In this document: positions 61,594 to 64,000 of the stretch, one piece after another
Position numbering within the stretch: the first letter of the stretch is position 1
How the letters are laid out: the number at the start of each line of letters is the position of its first letter
Origin: Dimorphilus gyrociliatus
Taxonomy: Eukaryota > Animalia > Annelida
Reading direction: 5' to 3'
Length of the DNA stretch: 64,000 nt
Assembly (NCBI GenBank): GCA_904063045.1
Contig: CAJFCJ010000015.1
Location: forward strand, 806,001-870,000
Made by a program: the position numbers and the translations under genes
Notes under the pieces: model-generated
Seen by the model: the letters and a program-made list of their open reading frames with translations, nothing else
Database searches by the model: none
What the model was told of the DNA's origin: nothing

Positions 61594-63610
61594 ATGCAGC
61601 AAGATAATAATGGTTCTTGTCCAATCTTCTATATTCAAATCGGCTTGGCAAGAGAAGTTTACCAACTGGAGCCAAATATGAACATGCAAACGTTGAAAGA
61701 CATTGCTTGCCGTTTCGTCGATGCTAAGGTAAAAAGCGCTAAGCGAACCACCTGTTGCGGTCAACAGCAGAAGCGTCGTTTTACACCCTTTACTTTCGCA
61801 AAATCGTACTTTTTAGAACTATCTAAGTATAAAGATATATGTAATAATATAAACAATAATAATCAAAAAACTGTTACAGTAGCATATATTTACAGGTGAA
61901 ATGTATACATCTCGAAGTTAGTTGAATGCTGAACGCGTGATAGCGCCCCACCCAATCATATAGATATATTTCTCTCTATGTAAAATAACTCTATAATCTT
62001 GAATCATTTTAAAATTTATTATACTTGATAGATAGACAGTCTCTACTTAGGAAACTATAATCGTATTAAATACAATTGGTATCTTAATGTCTTAATTCTA
62101 TTGACTGAAATAACCAACACTTTGAAGTGTGACCAACGGCTTCTAATGTCAAAGAGCTTTTAAAAGACTTTCTTTTTTTTTTTCCTTATTTTCAAGGCTT
62201 TAACTGTTAAAATGACTAATCAGCGCTTTTTTTTCTTTCTTTTTTAGTTATCCTGTTGTTATTTTATTTATGTATATTTATAAAAAGCGACAACTTTATG
62301 TATATAACAAAAAAGAAATAGCTTATAGCATAAGAGTTTACGCGTATTACTTATCCTTCCGTTTTTCTCTTTTTTTTTTAATTCTTAGTATAGTTCTTTT
62401 TGAGAAGTAACTACTATTCATTCGTATTCAATTTTTCTATAGTTGAGTCATCGCTTTCTGACTATCGCTTCAATTGTTAATAATACAATGTATTTACCTG
62501 TACATAAAACGCGCAATTAGGCGTAGTAAAATAAACAAAATAGAATTTTCTCATCGTTATTTATCTTTTACTCCCTTCATCATTTGAACTAAGTAACCTC
62601 CTAAGATGAGCGAAGAAGAGCGTGTTTTTTTTTTTTTTCTTTAGGTACAAGTAGATAGAGTCTTAGAGGCTTAGTTTTTTTCTCTCTTAACGGTAAAAAT
62701 TGATATAATAGAATGAAAATTATCTATATTTTATTTTTTTTTCATTTTTGGAGACGCGCTCTTTCCAAATAGAGTACAATTCGTTTTTCTCGGTTTGATT
62801 ACGTTTCAGAATTATTAGATTTCTGTTATATATGTTGGAGTATATCACCATATTCTCACGTTTATTTACGAGCCGCTAAACTCTCAATATAATCTAGTTA
62901 ATTCTGGTTATAATTATACATCGCTGGTTACCATCTTCCGTTTTAGATTTTATAGATAAAGAATACATTTAATTTCCGTAATCGTAATAAAGTGAAGAAT
63001 GTTAGGTAGATGGTTACCATAGAAACCATACTGCACTTAGGCAACGTTCGGTTTAGGTCTTTTGACTAGCTTGGCTTCATCTAAAGCTACAAGTACGTAA
63101 TTAGAATTCTCATCAATAATTTACCTTTAATTCTATGGTTCCTTTTTTTTTTTATAAATAAAAATCAACAAAAAAAAGTGACATAATCTATAATCATTTT
63201 TTTTCTTCCGATTGTTCCAGTTTCCGGAACATGGCCTTTATAGTTTACAAGAAAGATTAGTTCTTTTTAAACATGATAACTCAAATTCGAATATTTTGCG
63301 CCTTATTCAAGAAGCCTCAGAAGTGACTTCAAATTGTTTAGTGGAGGTTGTTCTCTCTTCTTCTACAACTATTGAAGAATTGTCAATTCGACCGCATAAT
63401 TTGAACATTCACTCATACAAATCGCCACATTTTTGCGATTTCTGCGGAGAAATGTTGTTCGGATTAGTGAAACAGGGTTTAAAATGCGATTACTGTGGCC
63501 AAAATTATCATAAACGTTGTGCCTACAAGATTCCTAATAACTGTACAGCAGCAAAAATAAGAAGAACTTCAACGCAAGTCAGCTTAACTCACAACCCATC
63601 TGTGAATCAG
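61594..63610 (+). CDS. PRKD: Serine/threonine-protein kinase D, 5' part (exons 61594-61728, 63221-63610); continues beyond the window
   Basis: FPEHGLYSLQERLVLFKHD...VEVVLSSS...IRPHNLNIHSYKSPHFCDFCGEMLFGLVKQGLKCDYCGQNYHKRCAYKIPNNC is the PKD ULD + C1a domain. Confidence 0.93.
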
Positions 63611-63804
63611 GTATTTATCTTTTTTTCCTTCTTTTTTTTATACACTATCTATCCATCTTTTTTTTTACTCCTTTTTCCTTCTAATACGCATTAAAAATCT
63701 TTTTTATGGAAATATTTTGTGCGAAATAAAGGACGCGGCGATCGGCGTAGTTGCTGCTCCATTTTCAGCCAAGTTCCTTCAAAGAGACGACAGCCACTCG
63801 GTAC

Positions 63805-63835
<31 letters not shown>

Positions 63836-64000
63836 GATATGTACTTGTACATATACTGTATATATTTTCTATCCATTTTCTCTTATTTCTCTTTTTCTCT
63901 TTCTGTTTGTCTGTCTCTCTACTCCCCTCTCCTCTCTCTCTCTTCCTTCAACATAATCCCTTGTTTTTCCCCATCAAAATTCCTTTCCGTCTTTCATTCC

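Noticed and set aside
1-64000. tRNA, rRNA, snRNA, CRISPR arrays or intact transposons
   Set aside because: No T-loop/anticodon cloverleaf, regular repeat-spacer array, TIR/LTR pair or transposase/RT ORF was recognised by eye; Infernal and RepeatMasker would be needed to exclude them.

Overview
AT-rich, gene-dense animal DNA with very short GT-AG introns (mostly 55-190 nt). The gene set and compactness suggest a miniaturised lophotrochozoan genome, possibly the annelid Dimorphilus gyrociliatus (inference, not verified). I reconstructed spliced models by hand for 13 protein-coding genes: USP34 (5' part, -), a GT92 glycosyltransferase (+), a DUF1295/steroid-reductase-like protein (-), a 7-EC protocadherin (-) with about 12 kb of upstream non-coding DNA, peroxisomal HAO (+), a CABIT-like orphan (+), an intronless proline-racemase-family enzyme (+), CFAP251/WDR66 (-), a Ly6/quiver-like GPI protein (+), a Bcl-2/Mcl-1-like gene (-), a myristoylated CBM48 protein (+), CEP170 (-) and protein kinase D (5' part, +). 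A 14th gene, a four-exon secreted orphan (-), is absent from the ORF track. The strongest leads are: (1) that hidden gene, whose stop codon interlocks with the Ly6 stop at one TTAA; (2) a Cys/Cys active-site pair in the L3HYPDH-like enzyme, predicting racemase/epimerase rather than dehydratase activity; (3) an AMPK-beta-like membrane anchor + glycogen-binding module lacking the alpha/gamma-binding domain; (4) a >7 kb USP34 exon with only the first intron retained; (5) recurrent CTCF-like motifs and RFX X-boxes; (6) a weaker let-7-like hairpin in the protocadherin upstream region. No tRNA, rRNA, CRISPR array or intact transposon was recognised.
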